A stretch of DNA of 63,245 nucleotides, the filler included, from Asterionella formosa (Eukaryota), in assembly GCA_002256025.1 (NCBI GenBank). It is 19 parts of 19 records of this genome, joined end to end, with 100 filler letters (N's around TTAATTAATTAA, not from the genome) between each part and the next. Parts side by side here need not be neighbours in the genome. Positions count along the whole stretch, not along the records: positions 50,061 to 53,286 come from NKIB01014340.1; positions 53,387 to 56,606 come from NKIB01014341.1; positions 56,707 to 59,928 come from NKIB01014342.1; positions 60,029 to 63,245 come from NKIB01014343.1; 15 more parts are not named here. The stretch is one strand, 5' to 3'. The position numbers were made by a program, and so were the translations under genes. The notes under the pieces are model-generated. The model was not told the origin of the DNA, did no database searches, and saw nothing but the letters and a program-made list of their open reading frames with translations. Shown here in pieces: positions 51,976 to 62,854 of this stretch; position 1 is the stretch's first letter; each line of letters opens with the position of its first letter.

Positions 51976-52003
51976 CCGTATTTTTCATTGTCCTGGACCC
52001 CCC
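51976..52003 (+). mobile_element. pogo-like TIR related to the one at 19040
   Basis: TA|CCGTATTTTTCATTGTCCTGGACCCCCC versus TA|CCGTATACTTCATTGTCCTGGACCCTCC. Confidence 0.75.
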
Positions 52004-52441
52004 TATACATTTTTCTTGAGGTGGAACCAAACACCTAATAATTTTCTTGTTATAGACAAAGTAACGTGCTATAATTCTTTTTCTCCTCGTAGGCACTAGC
52101 ATATAAATATTTAGCTACCATTTTGCGATTCTTTTGTACATAGAAAACAGATGAGATGAAAGGTAGTGGCTGTGAGCAGCTGGAGAATCCTTCATGATGT
52201 TGTCGCAACCTTGACCATGACGAAAATACGAATTATCTCCACGAAAATAGAGAACGACACTTTGCTACTTGCTATCTGTATTGAGAACGACATGGAAAAT
52301 ACAATCGTAAAAGAAGTAAAGTAAAAACACTAATAATGACAACGAAAATTGAGATCGCCGATAACAACATGAAGTCGCGTTTTCCTTGCAAGATAAAGAA
52401 CTCTCTCATTTTTCACAAGACGGAAATAATTGCCATATTAA

Positions 52442-53286
52442 GGCCCCGTCTTACGGTGCCCGAGTTACGAAGATTCAGTCGCCCGGATACCTGTTGGGTG
52501 TTTAATCTTCGTATTTTCGTCCCTTACGGGCTAAATAACTCGCAAATCCCCCCGATCTCGAAGATTAATCTTCGTTTGCCCGAATATTTCGAGGGTCATC
52601 CCCAATATTAACCCAATCTTTTTATTTTCTTGAACAATCTTCGTTTCCTGAAGATTAATCTTTGGGCAAACAAAGATTGTCTCCACCAATTAGAATGGCG
52701 GAAACAATATAATATCATTATCACATATACTAATGATATAGTATTCGATACTTCGATACTTCTATTGTAGTATTATTGTCATTATTATTACCGTAGATAT
52801 TATTAATACAATAATTCTTACTTTTAATATTTTTGTTTTATGATAATAATTTGTAATATGACGACTCCGCCAACGCTATTGTCAACATTCTTACTTTTAA
52901 TATTTTTGTTTTATGATAATAATTTGTAATATGACGACTCCGCCAACGCTATTGTCAACCTTCCTGGCACATTATCAACAGTGTGTGCAGCCATGGAAGC
53001 AACCATGATTGTCATGGCAACTACCAGCAGCCTTGCCAGTTGCGTTGCAAAAAGAGCTGGTTTCTCAGTTCCATTTGGACGAAGCTCAATCTGAAAGAGG
53101 GAATCAGCAATCGCCGTCCAACAGCAATTGCCATCCAACAACATCTGCTAAGCGAAAAAGAAAGAAACGACCTCTGGTATCAAGGGAAGAGTCATTTTGG
53201 TGGAAAAATTTCCTAACAAACGAAAAGCGCATCTTACAATGGGACATTAACACATGGGAAGCAAGACTCTTTTGCAAAAATTTTCG
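52442..53286 (+). mobile_element. Probable PIF/Harbinger transposon left end with the start of the transposase
   Basis: TAA|GGCCCCGTCTTACGG end; subterminal GAAGATTAATCTTC palindromes; ORF SFWWKNFL..DINTWEARLFCKNF resembles the WW..FRRRFR N-terminus. Confidence 0.55.
52814..52959. repeat. Perfect ~73-bp tandem duplication
   Basis: ATTCTTACTTTTAATATTTTTG...CGCTATTGTCAAC occurs twice. Confidence 0.9.
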
Positions 53287-53386
53287 NNNNNNNNNNNNNN
53301 NNNNNNNNNNNNNNNNNNNNNNNNNNNNNNTTAATTAATTAANNNNNNNNNNNNNNNNNNNNNNNNNNNNNNNNNNNNNNNNNNNN

Positions 53387-54856
53387 CGTGAAGGCTTCAT
53401 GTGAGTAGTACCATGCTGGTTCGATGGTTCGAGATGCTTCAAGGGTGAGACCTTGGCGGAGATCCTCACTGTCTCCTATCATTGCAGGTGAAATGAGGTG
53501 TTTCGCACAGAATACTTCAAGTGCAACCTCGAAAGCTGTACCAACTTCCTCAAAAGCTGGCCATGACGGAATATCATCATTTGCAGAAATGGTACTTCCT
53601 GACATGCCTAGAAGCAACGCAAAACGAGCACTCAAAGCGAAGCATCCCGAAGTACGTATCATGTCAATCATGCCAGCAATGGCGCAGCTGTCAACCGAAG
53701 TCGGCATAGGAGCACCGGTCGCCTTGACCAACCAATCTTGGATGCTGTTGAGATCATAGTAAATACCGTTAACACGAAAGAAATCAAAGTCACCATTGTG
53801 ACAGATGTAATTCTCTACCTTCAAGCTGCTTGGTTTTGGACAACTGTTGGAATTCATGGCATTCCTGAGATACACTCGTCTGACTGTTGGAGGTGTCCAT
53901 TGATGAGGGTGTGTCCCGTCAAAAGTAGCCTTTGAAGAAGTAGCAAAGCGAGTGTGACCATAGAAGCCTTGGATACCTCCCTTAATCTTGCCGTGGGTAA
54001 ATGTGTCTCGCTTAACTTTGTCTTTGACGCCTTTAGATAAATCTGTCCGCTTGCCGTTGACAACTCTACTTCGAATCCCATAGATCTCATTGTTGTCATT
54101 CTTTGCCCAAGCAATCACTCCACCAGTCTGTGCACCTCGCATCATGGTGACACTAATCATCTTGGCAAGTAAATCAAGGACCTGTTTACTACTTTGGGAG
54201 CTTTCAGTCCAGAGTGGGTTGATGAGGATAATTCCAAAGTTGCCACAAAGGAAAGTGGACGAGCTCAAGGTGCCGTACAGGCCAAAGCCAAGAAGATCGG
54301 TACTTATCGCCTCGACTGCTGTAATCCAAGCAGCAGAGCGAGCTGAGTTGATCCAATTATTGGTTGCACTGTGTGTCCTTGAATGGATCAAATGGACAAC
54401 GAGACCCAACAGGATACTTGATATCCATCCGCTATGACGAATGATCATCACCGAGACAGGATCAGCATTGTAGAGTCCAGGAATGATGACTCCTCGTCCA
54501 AGGACAGCGAGAAGGATATCTTTGACAGAGACTTCGTTTCCGATTCCAATGGCCGCAGCAGCGAGGACATGGGAGACCTCATGCAACGCCCCGAAGAGCA
54601 AGTACCAGGTCAAAATAGCCACATGAAGGGCTGTGTCCTCTGTCTTATTTGCAAGAGGTCCTGATAGTTTTTCATCATGGTTTTGTTTCCGATTGATGCT
54701 ACTGATGTGACTTGCACCATTCGGAGGCCTTGTAGTTCTACATAGCCTTGTCGGAAAGTGGTTTTGCAATATCTTCATGGACTTGCACCGATCGAATATC
54801 GAGTTAATATTGTTGCGCAATCCTTTTTTCGAAAAGATATTTATTATATTCGTCAT
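53387..54856 (-). CDS. Fusion of a membrane HExxH (M50-like) domain and a class-II (Ntn) glutamine amidotransferase domain, GlmS-like; 3'-truncated
   Basis: Hydrophobic helices with GALHEVSHVLAA; internal CGNFGII; MRGAQTGG; GHTRFATS..THPH; CHNGDF; VDSCAIA. Confidence 0.85.
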
Positions 54857-55604
54857 TTATTTTATTGATTTGACGGCTGTGACGATGATGAGTCCTGCCA
54901 ATATATCATGCTTTGCTTTGAGCTTTTCTGTTGTATTTTGCATCGCAAAGAAGTCTTTAACATCATGTGAATGTGGAGCACGTCATATTTGTCTTCACTG
55001 AAATTCTAGCGAAAAAACCCAAGCGGGAATGGGTAATCCAGAAGTTATTCTTAGAAAATGCTGTCAAATACTTCATATAAAACTACATTCGATGTCGTAA
55101 GGTATATGAATTTCTGTCAATTAGGGCAAACAGTCGCATGCTCAAAGCTACTGGTTCCATGTAGACTATACTCCCACCTGTTGTATACTGGGAATAAGTC
55201 TGAACAAGGTTAGAAAAGTGGCTAGATAGAGATACGAGGTGACGACGGCGCACGACAATAATGACAGGCATTCTGAACTACCGGCACTTGCAGTCGGAAA
55301 TTCCGAAATCTACATCGAAAATCTCATACAGTGACTGTACTAAAGATATAGCACAGTACGCATTGACGAATCGTTGTCACAACTGGGGTTAAGGTTCCTG
55401 CATTTGAACCCCTAGCTCGAGGTAGGGTTAAAAAAATAATATTAAGTCAGAGTAGTCAAACATGGACTTCTTACGAGTAAAATGTAAATGTATATCGCTA
55501 AACGGAGCTTTCACCAATACACACCCTTTCCACATGCTAAAATACAGTCATTTATCAAAGTAGGGGTATAGGTCAACGCTATATATCGTCAGGATATAGG
55601 ATCT

Positions 55605-55727
55605 GGCGAGAAACTGCAGAAAGGAACTTCGGTTTTTTAACTATGCTGAAAATAGTGGATTTTACCGGGCTAACTCGTTTATTTGGCCTAGTAAAAAAAC
55701 CGAAGTTCCTTTCTGCAGTTTCTCGCC
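55605..55727. repeat. Internal inverted repeat, 38 of 39 bp paired, 45-nt spacer
   Basis: GGCGAGAAACTGCAGAAAGGAACTTCGGTTTTTTAACTA pairs with TAGTAAAAAAACCGAAGTTCCTTTCTGCAGTTTCTCGCC. Confidence 0.93.
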
Positions 55728-56113
55728 GAAAGTTAACTTCTGGGGCTATATGAAGATCACCTATGTACTTAACTCTTCTTCAAACCCTGCCAACGTTGAG
55801 CTATCGTCGTCCAAAAATTCGACGATATCGGCCTTTTCAACGGTCACCAAAACGTCGGAATCAGAATCACTAATCGCCGAAACGTCATCATCGGAATGGT
55901 AGTCTTGTGCTAAAATTTGTAGTCGTAAAATCTCGTGTACAAAAAGTTCCAATGTAATTGGCCGCTGTATTAATCATATTCTGATTGGTTATCCTTATAA
56001 CCGATCGATTGGCACGGTTTGCGAGGTCTTGCAATCCAACGCCGGCCACACTGGACACACATGAAGCATTTTCTTGGGTGTTGGCCGATCCTACCCGTAT
56101 ACCGGTATCCGTA

Positions 56114-56220
56114 CGGAGTAGGAATACCGAGTACCGGGTAGACCTATGCGAAAACCATATCTGTCCGGAGTAGGAATACCGAGTACCGGGTAGAGTAGGA
56201 ATACCGAGGACCGGGTAGAT
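56114..56220. repeat. Three copies of GAGTAGGAATACCGAG(T/G)ACCGGGTAGA
   Basis: Seen at about 56115, 56168 and 56193. Confidence 0.88.
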
Positions 56221-57082
56221 CTACCGGTACCAGGTACCTGATCATCATTGGTCATAGTACGAGGTAGTGCACGCTTACCAGTACGTTACTACCGTTAGTA
56301 TGCACATTCAAATAATTTTCGGAGCCGCCGGGTCTTGAATGTGAAACATATTTGTTGATACGAGTAGGTGTTACTATCGGTAGAAAAGCAATTTAAAACA
56401 TTCAGCGATGTAGAATCTATTTGTACATATTTAATGCATTTGAAATGGAATCTATACACGTACGCGCAAATTTCCACTCATTTGAATATTTCAAACTGAA
56501 TCATTGATATTCAAATTAGCACATGAAATTCTTAGTTCCAGGGAATTTCGGCAACCCTAAGCAATATTTTAATTTTTGCCTAGGGGTTCAAATGCAGGAA
56601 CCTTAANNNNNNNNNNNNNNNNNNNNNNNNNNNNNNNNNNNNNNNNNNNNTTAATTAATTAANNNNNNNNNNNNNNNNNNNNNNNNNNNNNNNNNNNNNN
56701 NNNNNNTACATGAGAACCAATGCATTTATCAATGACTACTCATTGAAGATGTGGTATTGTGCCGTTGTTGATCGTATTTGTTGATTTGTATAGTCGTTGA
56801 CAATGATGTCAATATTGCCGCCAAGCAATGCATTTCTTGTACTAACGCGCTTTGCGACATTTCTACTACAAGGTCGTATCAGAAGCTACATGACGAATAC
56901 TCAGCTAGAGAGAGTCAATAGTGCTGGAGCAGCGTGGCGATCACGCTTGCTCAGAATGGAATGATCAGGGTTGCTTGTTTGGTGGGCAGTGGAGAGGAAT
57001 GACTGTGGCGGAAATACTGCTACTGGTGTCAGGCTACTACAGCGATGCGCATGGTTGCATAAACCAAACCATTTACGCTACA

Positions 57083-57562
57083 TAACGATGCAGGTCTACA
57101 TTGTATTCAGCTTTTTTTCTTCTTCTTTCGGTCTTCGATTGTGTGGTGATGGAAAGTCAATGTTGCATGGTGTGTAAGTACTACAATGATTCACAATGCA
57201 TACGTCTCCATTGGAACCCTTATTTTTTATTTAATTTCTAACCCAAAACAATTTTTTCTATTTCTCATTTGATGCTACTTATTACATCGCATTTCATACT
57301 TTGGTTGCTCCAAACATCATGTTCAATTTTGATTGATGTTGCATACTACAATCATTCTCGTGTGTTTTACGCTTGTTGTACCATCTCTATGCATATTACC
57401 GTTATTCTGGTTGTCATGCTAAAATCGGCAATTTTATTGCCGAAAAATTCGATGTGCCCCATATTGCCCTTAAATAAAAATTACTTAAGAAATTACTTAG
57501 AGCCTAAAAATTACTTAGAAGTACCCGAATGGCAAGACGATAGCTGGAGCGGGAATTGCCAG
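57083..57562. repeat. Second copy of the interspersed repeat at 28874-29425
   Basis: Near-identical sequence. Confidence 0.9.
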
Positions 57563-59804
57563 TAAATATAGGTACGAATGGTTGACTGTTACTATGTGGC
57601 CGTGTTATTGCATGCCCTCCAGCATCAAGATACCAATGTTAGTTTGCCTGTACAAGAATGTGTTTTTGCGTACCCTGCATCGCCTATAGATAGCAATGTC
57701 ACGTTGTTTGTACGTGACCATGTTTTTAGTGTTCCAGTGTTAGTTGTTTTTATGTCAATGCTGTCGTCGCATCATTGGTATTCCGGCAATGGCTTCTGTG
57801 TGAATGTCATTGTCACATCATCTCTATTTTTACCGATTTTCATTTGTGTTGAGTTCATGAATCATCATAAAAGGAGCTTTTTGAGCATCAAAGCGACAAG
57901 GAATGGAATGCAGTTTGGTTGTGCATGCCCTGCACAACCTATCCTTCGTTGCTGCAACTGGGTTGCCGGCTCCTGTATTTCCAAAGAACATTGGGGGGGG
58001 AGGGGGGGGGGGGGGGAGGGGGGGCCGGGCAAGGGGGGGGNNNNNNNNNNCCCGCCCCCCGCCCCCCCCCCCCCCCCCCCCCCCCCCGCCGTGCAAGGAG
58101 GCACTGACAAGGGGCAGCAGGCAATGATGTGCGAAATGAACGAAGGGTCAAAACTCATTTATTCGATTTCTTCAGGAGGAAAAAGATGGTACAAGTTGGA
58201 CATGACCACAGGGTATAGAATATTCAATTACATTCATGAATAATTTTGTATTTGTGAAGCATTCTCCACATTGATGACCCTTGGACAATGGAAATTAAGG
58301 CTTCTTGCATACAATATACAAAATGTCGTTTGCAAGTCAATGATCAATAAAGTTAAGCCCCCACCAGTCTTTGAAGCCACTTCAGCTGCCATGAACGCTT
58401 TCAAGCAATTTGGAATTAAAAATTTGAAAATTTCGCTCTTGGTGGAGAAATTTTATGATTATGAGTATGATTGTGTGCATGAACATCTGGGTCCAACATT
58501 AGTTTCAAATTTGGGTTCGGAAATAAATGGGTTTGAGGATGATCTGAGTAACAAAGGATGCCTTGCTCTTCGAAAATCAATTGACAATAACACAGATTTA
58601 CCACAGAACAATCTAAAAACTTATCGAGTCACAAGGTTGCTTGCTTTAGTTGTCAAGAAAACTGGATTCAGCTAATCATAGTATTGGCAATGCAATCTCT
58701 ATGGTAGCTAGTAGAATGCATATCATTCAGAAAACTTCGATACTGGAACCACAATCATATGATGTGTCAATTCGAAGACAAAATTGATATTCTAATAATG
58801 CATACAACAAAAAACTTTGTTTACTTATTATTCGAGAAGGCATCAGGGCATTCCAAACAGCAACCCGATGGATTGAATTCGCTCACTATGAATGAATAGA
58901 AGCTGTGGTGACAAGAATTCAATTATACACTCAACCATCCTTGAAGAGGGACCTTGATTTCTTGGAATCTATGACCACCCCTGCCCACAACTGCAAGTGT
59001 CTGGGACAAACGCAATAACTTCTAGTCTAGCCTGCTGATGTTGGTGTATTATTGATGACAACTCCAGGTGAGTGACATTTATGCAGAATGATGTCCTTAG
59101 TGGCGAAATAAGAACACTACATCGAACTCAATTGGAATAGATTGCTGATCTTGCATCAAGAGGAGCTAACACCAATGGTAAAAACAATGTGAGCATTTTT
59201 TGCAGTAAGAAATTGAAACTACAAGACAAGGAATATAAGTCAAGGAAGGCAAGGAAGACTGGAAAGGCAAGGCAAAGCGCTTAATGCAAGTCTCTTGGGG
59301 AAGTGGGTTGACTAATAGATCATACCCCAAGTCGAGCAATGACTTTATCTACTGATAAACATACTGTATGCAAAGTGGTCCTATTGGTGATAGCTAATGT
59401 TACCTTTCACTTTTTTATTTAGTTGTCTGTAATGTGCTGATTGAGGTACATTATGAAATTATTTTGGAAAGAACAGACCTCACAATGTGTAACTGTGGGG
59501 CTGCAAACTAAGTAAGGTTGCGGCCCCGCAGTTGATAAGTAAAGTCTTGCACGAAGAGCAAGCCCGTTTCCCGAGCCATGAGTCAGCAGTATTGATAGCA
59601 TTAGTATTACTCTTTTACGAGACCCCCCACGACTGCAACTGTAGACAAATAGACCATGTCATACCGGTATGTACTATGGTGAGGACATTAACCAACAACA
59701 AAGTGGGGTGCCGGTACCTGGTACCCTGGTACCCTGGTACCTGTGGCAGTTTCGGTAATTTTACTGAGCAGCTAATGATTTAGTTAAATTGTTGATAGAA
59801 CTAA

Positions 59805-59928
59805 GGTTGCTGCATTTGAACCCCTAGGCAAAAATTAAAATATTGCTTAGGGTTGCGAAAATTCCCTGGAATTAAGAATTTAATTAGCTATTTTTGAATG
59901 ACGTGATTCCATTTGAAATATTTGAATC
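59805..59928. mobile_element. Further end of the GGTT(C/G)CTGCATTTGAACCCCTAG element (preceded by CTAA)
   Basis: Matches the TIR and subterminal sequence of the right end of 55393-56602. Confidence 0.8.
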
Positions 59929-60028
59929 NNNNNNNNNNNNNNNNNNNNNNNNNNNNNNNNNNNNNNNNNNNNTTAATTAATTAANNNNNNNNNNNNNNNN
60001 NNNNNNNNNNNNNNNNNNNNNNNNNNNN

Positions 60029-61023
60029 AGGGTCGTTCTTATCATTTTTTTTCGTGTATCACGGAATTTGAATTTTTTTGAAAATGTATCAGCAACGGTA
60101 ACTCGATTTGAACTGAATTTCATTCATTCCAAAAGTGTCACTGTATCACTAATTTGTGATCACAGTGTATCATGGAGTAACAAGGATTGTCAACGGTGAC
60201 AGGCCAGCTACGAGCATCTAGATATATATGAGCAGTAATATGCATATGCGTAGCTTAAATAAAAATAACAACCGGAATAAAAAACAAATATCATATCATC
60301 TTACGGAGCCTGTGCGGTACATGCTACTAGCCCCTGGTACCAGGTATTGAGAGACTCGTCAACACATTGACCATGTCGATAATCAGCTATTTCTCCATCA
60401 AAATGGCAAAGGAGTCGCTGCGCTTTTGCGGTCTAAGATATCATTGTACGAACGATGAAATAGAAAAGGAAATATAGATATATCTTTAAAATTGCATAAG
60501 AAATTACGAATCAACAATGTAGAAGAGGAACATTCGTCATTTTATATGATTGCAAACAGAACTATTGATTTGTTATGGCAACGACTAAAGCTATGACTGC
60601 TAAAACGACTACAATAATACTATTATATGACAAAAGTGCTTGCAAAAAGTGGTGTTAGGTTAGTCTTTGTGTTATAGACGCCATTAGATCAATCGATTGC
60701 ACCAGTGGCGTTTTCAAGTTGCGCTGTGTTGCTGATGTTGATTTTCCCATCCACAAAATAGATTATATAGTTGGCGCTGGCATGTCTACAGTTATTTTAT
60801 CAGTGGCAACGGACGTGATACACAGTGATCAACGGCTTGATCAGTGATACAGCATTGGTCAGGGGTCCAAAAACTGTATCAGTGATACACCCATGATACA
60901 CCGGTGATCAGACCAAAAAAACCGTTGGTGATACACAAAAAAAAACCAAACCGCCATTTTTGTATCATATTTCGGCGATGATACACCAATGACAACAAAT
61001 AACAGAATGATAAGAACGGCCCT
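60029..61023. mobile_element. Non-autonomous TIR element of about 1 kb (PIF/Harbinger-like ends), copy 2
   Basis: AGGGTCGTTCTTATCATT versus the reverse complement of AATGATAAGAACGGCCCT: 17 of 18 match. Confidence 0.78.
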
Positions 61024-61237
61024 CAATCTCTCCCGTTCGTTCACAAATTAGATGATTTACCGGTAATTTAAATTTTAGATATAGATTCAACAGATAATAT
61101 CAATATACTTTATTGGTCGCTCACCTGATCGAGTACACAGCTTTCGCTACACTTTTGACCTTTTCATCAACACACATCAGCATACTACTTATAAACCCTC
61201 CACTTAGAGTGCTCTTACGAAACAACATTAAAGCAAA

Positions 61238-62854
61238 ATGATGTTTCAACAAGTCTGTCGTCACAAGAAGGAAGGAGAGCTCCGAAGCGGGACAAATAAA
61301 TCAATTTCACCACGAGAACTGTCGCAAGATGCATGCTTGACGACATTTCGCCGCTGCTATGCTTCGGTCGGATTCTGTGCCATGCTTGTTGGAATATGTT
61401 GTCTTTTGGTGGCCCATCAAATTGACTGTAACCAATATCTGGTCCTGGCTATATCATTGTATGATACGAATAGCACCTCCGTCCACCTCAATCCCCTTCA
61501 TCTCATCGAAGACGCTGCAACTGTGACCGCCATACCTGTCAAGCCGAATCAAGGCAATGACGTTGCTGGGCGGATCATTCCGCATCCCAAGGACCGGAAG
61601 GACCGCTTCCCGTCCGTAGATGCTCGAATCCGATTGTACATGTCCAATTGGTTTCAAGCACCGTGCTCCGATACTACCAGGCTCAACTATGTGATGGAGG
61701 TTGACAAGGATGCCTTTCCAATCTTGAGATATACTGGTGACGTCGATGGGACCGAACAAACAGTGTACAGCAGTGTTGTTCGCGCAGATACAAAAATACT
61801 CCTGGAAAATGAAACCATGTCTGATTGTGGAAGGCCTAGGGTTGTTGGAGATCCTGGATGGGACAAACTAGAGAAATTCCCAAGGACCGAATCACGCATT
61901 AAGCAACGAGGGAATATGTGGAACTATTGTAGAGACTCGATTGAAATCTTGAACATAACCAGGACACTGAATGCCAAGGGAAGCCTTCCAGATTCTCCTC
62001 TTATCCTCCAATTTGGAGATCTTGAAACGTTGTCTCGTTCGATTCCAGTATTTGCCAAGTTTCGAGGAAGAATTTCTACGACCGAACTCCAACGCGTGAC
62101 GAATGCATCCACATGTGCAGATCGACCTTATGCCACAACCATGTCAATTACGAACCCAGGGTATGCTCCCATTATATGGAACTTAAATAGTGTCCGACAC
62201 TTTGGATGGTTTGAACGAGCCAGAAACCAGGATATTCCTTGGCATGAGAAAAAGCTTGGGGCGCTCTGGAGAGGTTTCATGACTGGCTTTATGGATATAT
62301 CTAAGAATGCAACTGAATTGGACCAGTGTTTGTCAAACCCACGATGCCGTTTCGTCTATGAGACTAAACTTCGAAACTCCAGCTTGATTGATGCGGCTCT
62401 AATTGGGGTTTACAGCCACTACAAGGGGGGTACATCCTGTAATGGTGTCCCATTGCGTGTTTCTCAACAGGCCACTCTGGAAGAAATTCAAAGCTACAAG
62501 GTGATTGTGTCACTAGAGGGAAATGATGTTAGTAGTGCCCTCAAGTGGAATTTGATGAGTAATTCTGTTGTCGTTATGCCACCACCAACAAAGACATCAT
62601 GGGCGATGGAAGAATTACTAGAACCTTGGGTACACTATATCCCTGTTCACGCAAATCTAAGTAATTTGGAAGAAATGATTCGCTGGGTTGGTGCTAACGA
62701 CAAGCATGCCCAACAAATAGCAGAACGTGCCACTTTATTCATCTTTGACTTGTGGATGTCTCCAGAAGCCAAAATTGACAATGAAGCTGTAAAATATGGG
62801 ATTGTAGACCGATACCGAAAGCTCTGGCGTTTGAAAGGGCAATCACTACTATAA
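61238..62854 (+). CDS. Glycosyltransferase family 90 (CAP10-like) type II membrane protein
   Basis: N-terminal TM helix; IPWHEKKLGALWRG; YKVIVSLEGNDVSSALKW..SNSVVVMP..LEPWVHYIPV..AQQIAE; intact 538-aa ORF. Confidence 0.92.
   Translation: MMFQQVCRHKKEGELRSGTNKSISPRELSQDACLTTFRRCYASVGFCAMLVGICCLLVAHQIDCNQYLVLAISLYDTNSTSVHLNPLHLIEDAATVTAIPVKPNQGNDVAGRIIPHPKDRKDRFPSVDARIRLYMSNWFQAPCSDTTRLNYVMEVDKDAFPILRYTGDVDGTEQTVYSSVVRADTKILLENETMSDCGRPRVVGDPGWDKLEKFPRTESRIKQRGNMWNYCRDSIEILNITRTLNAKGSLPDSPLILQFGDLETLSRSIPVFAKFRGRISTTELQRVTNASTCADRPYATTMSITNPGYAPIIWNLNSVRHFGWFERARNQDIPWHEKKLGALWRGFMTGFMDISKNATELDQCLSNPRCRFVYETKLRNSSLIDAALIGVYSHYKGGTSCNGVPLRVSQQATLEEIQSYKVIVSLEGNDVSSALKWNLMSNSVVVMPPPTKTSWAMEELLEPWVHYIPVHANLSNLEEMIRWVGANDKHAQQIAERATLFIFDLWMSPEAKIDNEAVKYGIVDRYRKLWRLKGQSLL

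Larger units (their letters stand above)
55393..56602. mobile_element. Complete 1210-bp non-autonomous DNA transposon with perfect 23-bp TIRs and TTAA target duplication (Kolobok-like RR termini)
   Basis: TTAA|GGTTCCTGCATTTGAACCCCTAG ... CTAGGGGTTCAAATGCAGGAACC|TTAA. Confidence 0.9.

Noticed and set aside
56114..56220. Three 27-bp direct repeats with one spacer (mini-CRISPR-like)
   Set aside because: Two copies are directly adjacent and all lie inside a TIR element; simple local duplication.
57992..58090. Poly-G / N10 / poly-C block and the Gly/Pro-rich ORFs across it
   Set aside because: Low-quality homopolymer sequence flanking a scaffold gap; the ORFs are compositional artefacts.
58100..59200. 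Possible transposase relic on the plus strand
   Set aside because: Broken frames with no recognisable catalytic motif.
3248..60028. Regularly spaced TTAATTAATTAA motif about every 3.3 kb, suggesting an array or a gene cluster across segments
   Set aside because: It is an artificial six-frame-stop linker between size-sorted contigs; cross-linker neighbourhoods and ORFs running into X/LIN are artefacts.
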